Assembly (NCBI GenBank): GCA_900617105.1
Contig: UYFQ01000260.1
Span: forward strand, 434,001 to 454,725
DNA length: 20,725 nucleotides
Reading direction: 5' to 3'
From: Hydrurus foetidus
Lineage: Eukaryota
How positions within the stretch are numbered: the first letter of the stretch is position 1; each line of letters opens with the position of its first letter. Positions 19,868 to 20,725 of this stretch are shown in pieces. The position numbers were made by a program, and so were the translations under genes. The notes beneath the pieces are model-generated. The model was given only the letters and a program-made list of their open reading frames with translations. It searched no databases and had not been told where the DNA came from.

Positions 19868-19909
19868 TTGACGCAGCAGCGGGCTGTCGCTCCGCCGCGC
19901 CTGCGTCAA
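19868..19909. terminator. Imperfect hairpin after DUF2461 (terminator or regulatory inverted repeat)
   Basis: TTGACGCAG (19868-19876) ... CTGCGTCAA (19901-19909) with an inner GCGG/CCGC stem. Confidence 0.45.
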
Positions 19910-20010
19910 CCTGGCGCGGGCCGTTTGGCAATAACCTCTTAAGTTGTCGGGCGCAGGCTGTTTCCTGAACCCGGCTCTTCTCGCACCTTATGGCCGGGCG
20001 GGAGGACGCC

Positions 20011-20409
20011 ATGTCGTCGACCGTAACATCCAGTGCTCGTCGTCGAGGCGTCGATCATTTCGAGCCCGAGGATGTCGATCCCCAGGTTCAGCGCCGCCTG
20101 CGCGGGATTCTCGAGCAGATCGATTACACGGCCTTCGCCTCGAACAAGGCGCTGATCGGTCAGGCGCTTGGCCATGTCGACGCCAGCCACTTCCAGCACA
20201 TGGCCGTCGCCGCCGCCCAGGCCCGCGCCCAATGGGTGGCGGCTGCGGTGGCCATGACCGAGACGTCCCACGCCCCCTCGCCGGAGCAGATCCAGAAGCT
20301 GGCCCAGATGCGCACGGCCTATGACGAACTGGCCGAGGCGTATGAGGCCATGCGGCGGATGGTCGAGCGGGGCTATGTGGTGTTCCGCGCCGCTCCGGGA
20401 TCTGCCTAG
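20011..20409 (+). CDS. Hypothetical alpha-helical protein (132 aa)
   Basis: RBS GGGAGGA before ATG 20011; high-GC3 codons; no recognised motif. Confidence 0.8.
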   Translation: MSSTVTSSARRRGVDHFEPEDVDPQVQRRLRGILEQIDYTAFASNKALIGQALGHVDASHFQHMAVAAAQARAQWVAAAVAMTETSHAPSPEQIQKLAQMRTAYDELAEAYEAMRRMVERGYVVFRAAPGSA

Positions 20410-20420
20410 ACGCTTTCAAA

Positions 20421-20467
20421 TATATATACCCGGGTAATATTGACTTTATATTCCGTCCGGGTAAAAA
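20421..20467 (+). promoter_or_regulatory. AT-rich promoter with two CCGGGTAA operator-like boxes
   Basis: Palindrome TACCCGGGTA (20427-20436) and variant TTCCGTCCGGGTAA (20451-20464) flank TTGACT (20440-20445); TAAAAA lies 16 nt further on. Confidence 0.65.
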
Positions 20468-20487
20468 GCGCACCGCAGGAGGGTCCC

Positions 20488-20725
20488 ATGAACGGACGCA
20501 AGGCGCTGGTGCGCGACTATCGTGACCGCAAGGTCGAAGCCGGGATCTATGCCGTGCGCTGCGCGGCCAGCGGCGAAGCCTGGGTCGGCGCCACGCCCGA
20601 TCTGGCGACCCGTCAGAACGGGATCTGGTTTTCCCTGCGACACGGAGGGCATCGGGAGATGTCTCTTCAGGCGGCGTGGGCGACCCATGGCGAGGCGGCG
20701 TTCAGCTTCGAGGCCCTGGAAGCCA
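20488..20725 (+). CDS. GIY-YIG nuclease-family protein (3'-truncated by window)
   Basis: Read by hand: MNGRKALVRDYRDRKVEAGIYAVRCAASGEAWVGATPDLATRQNGIWFSLRHGGHREMSLQAAWATHGEAAFSFEALE; GIY...WVG and LQ.AW..HG...F.FE.LE motifs; RBS AGGAGG. Confidence 0.88.
   Translation, partial: MNGRKALVRDYRDRKVEAGIYAVRCAASGEAWVGATPDLATRQNGIWFSLRHGGHREMSLQAAWATHGEAAFSFEALEA

Noticed and set aside
19868..19909. FixK/FNR box from the TTGAC...GTCAA arms
   Set aside because: Arms are separated by far more than the required 4 nt; better explained as an RNA hairpin.
19928..19942. CtrA site upstream of the 20011 gene
   Set aside because: Only one TTAA half-site (GCAA-N7-TTAA); too weak to call.
20488..20725. GIY-YIG protein as a homing endonuclease marking an intron or mobile element
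   Set aside because: It has its own promoter and RBS, host-like codons and no interrupted host gene.

Overview
GC-rich alphaproteobacterial chromosome segment; gene content and the ThiC sequence look Caulobacter-like. In order it encodes: a DinG-family Fe-S helicase (5'-truncated), a secreted hypothetical protein, an orphan XRE/HigA-like HTH protein, a baeRF12/host-attachment protein with a sigma-EcfG-type promoter, a small membrane protein, a VOC protein, a membrane hybrid histidine kinase with degenerate ATP-binding boxes, a Tat-exported family-10 pectate lyase, an unlisted 59-aa ORF, a cuyA/cuyB-like cysteate lyase/racemase pair, a TPR protein, a secreted protein, a YpfJ-type zinc peptidase, a rhomboid protease, a TPP riboswitch plus thiC, an Acg-type nitroreductase, DUF1428, a zeta-toxin-like P-loop ATPase with a small coupled ORF, a SnoaL-like protein, DUF2461, a hypothetical protein and a 3'-truncated GIY-YIG protein. 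Many genes are broken by 1-2 nt indels in G/C runs, which looks like uncorrected long-read error rather than true pseudogenisation. The most interesting unexplained signals are: (i) an orphan, multi-hairpin, terminator-ended + strand region (~8650-8837) divergent from the pectate lyase and sharing a perfect LacI-type palindrome, a candidate sugar-acid-regulated sRNA; (ii) a perfect alphaproteobacterial LexA box between the SnoaL and DUF2461 genes; (iii) a zeta-like ATPase/small-ORF module with its own inverted repeat; (iv) a probable pseudo-kinase; (v) paired operators in front of the GIY-YIG gene. No mobile element, CRISPR array, tRNA or rRNA was recognised.
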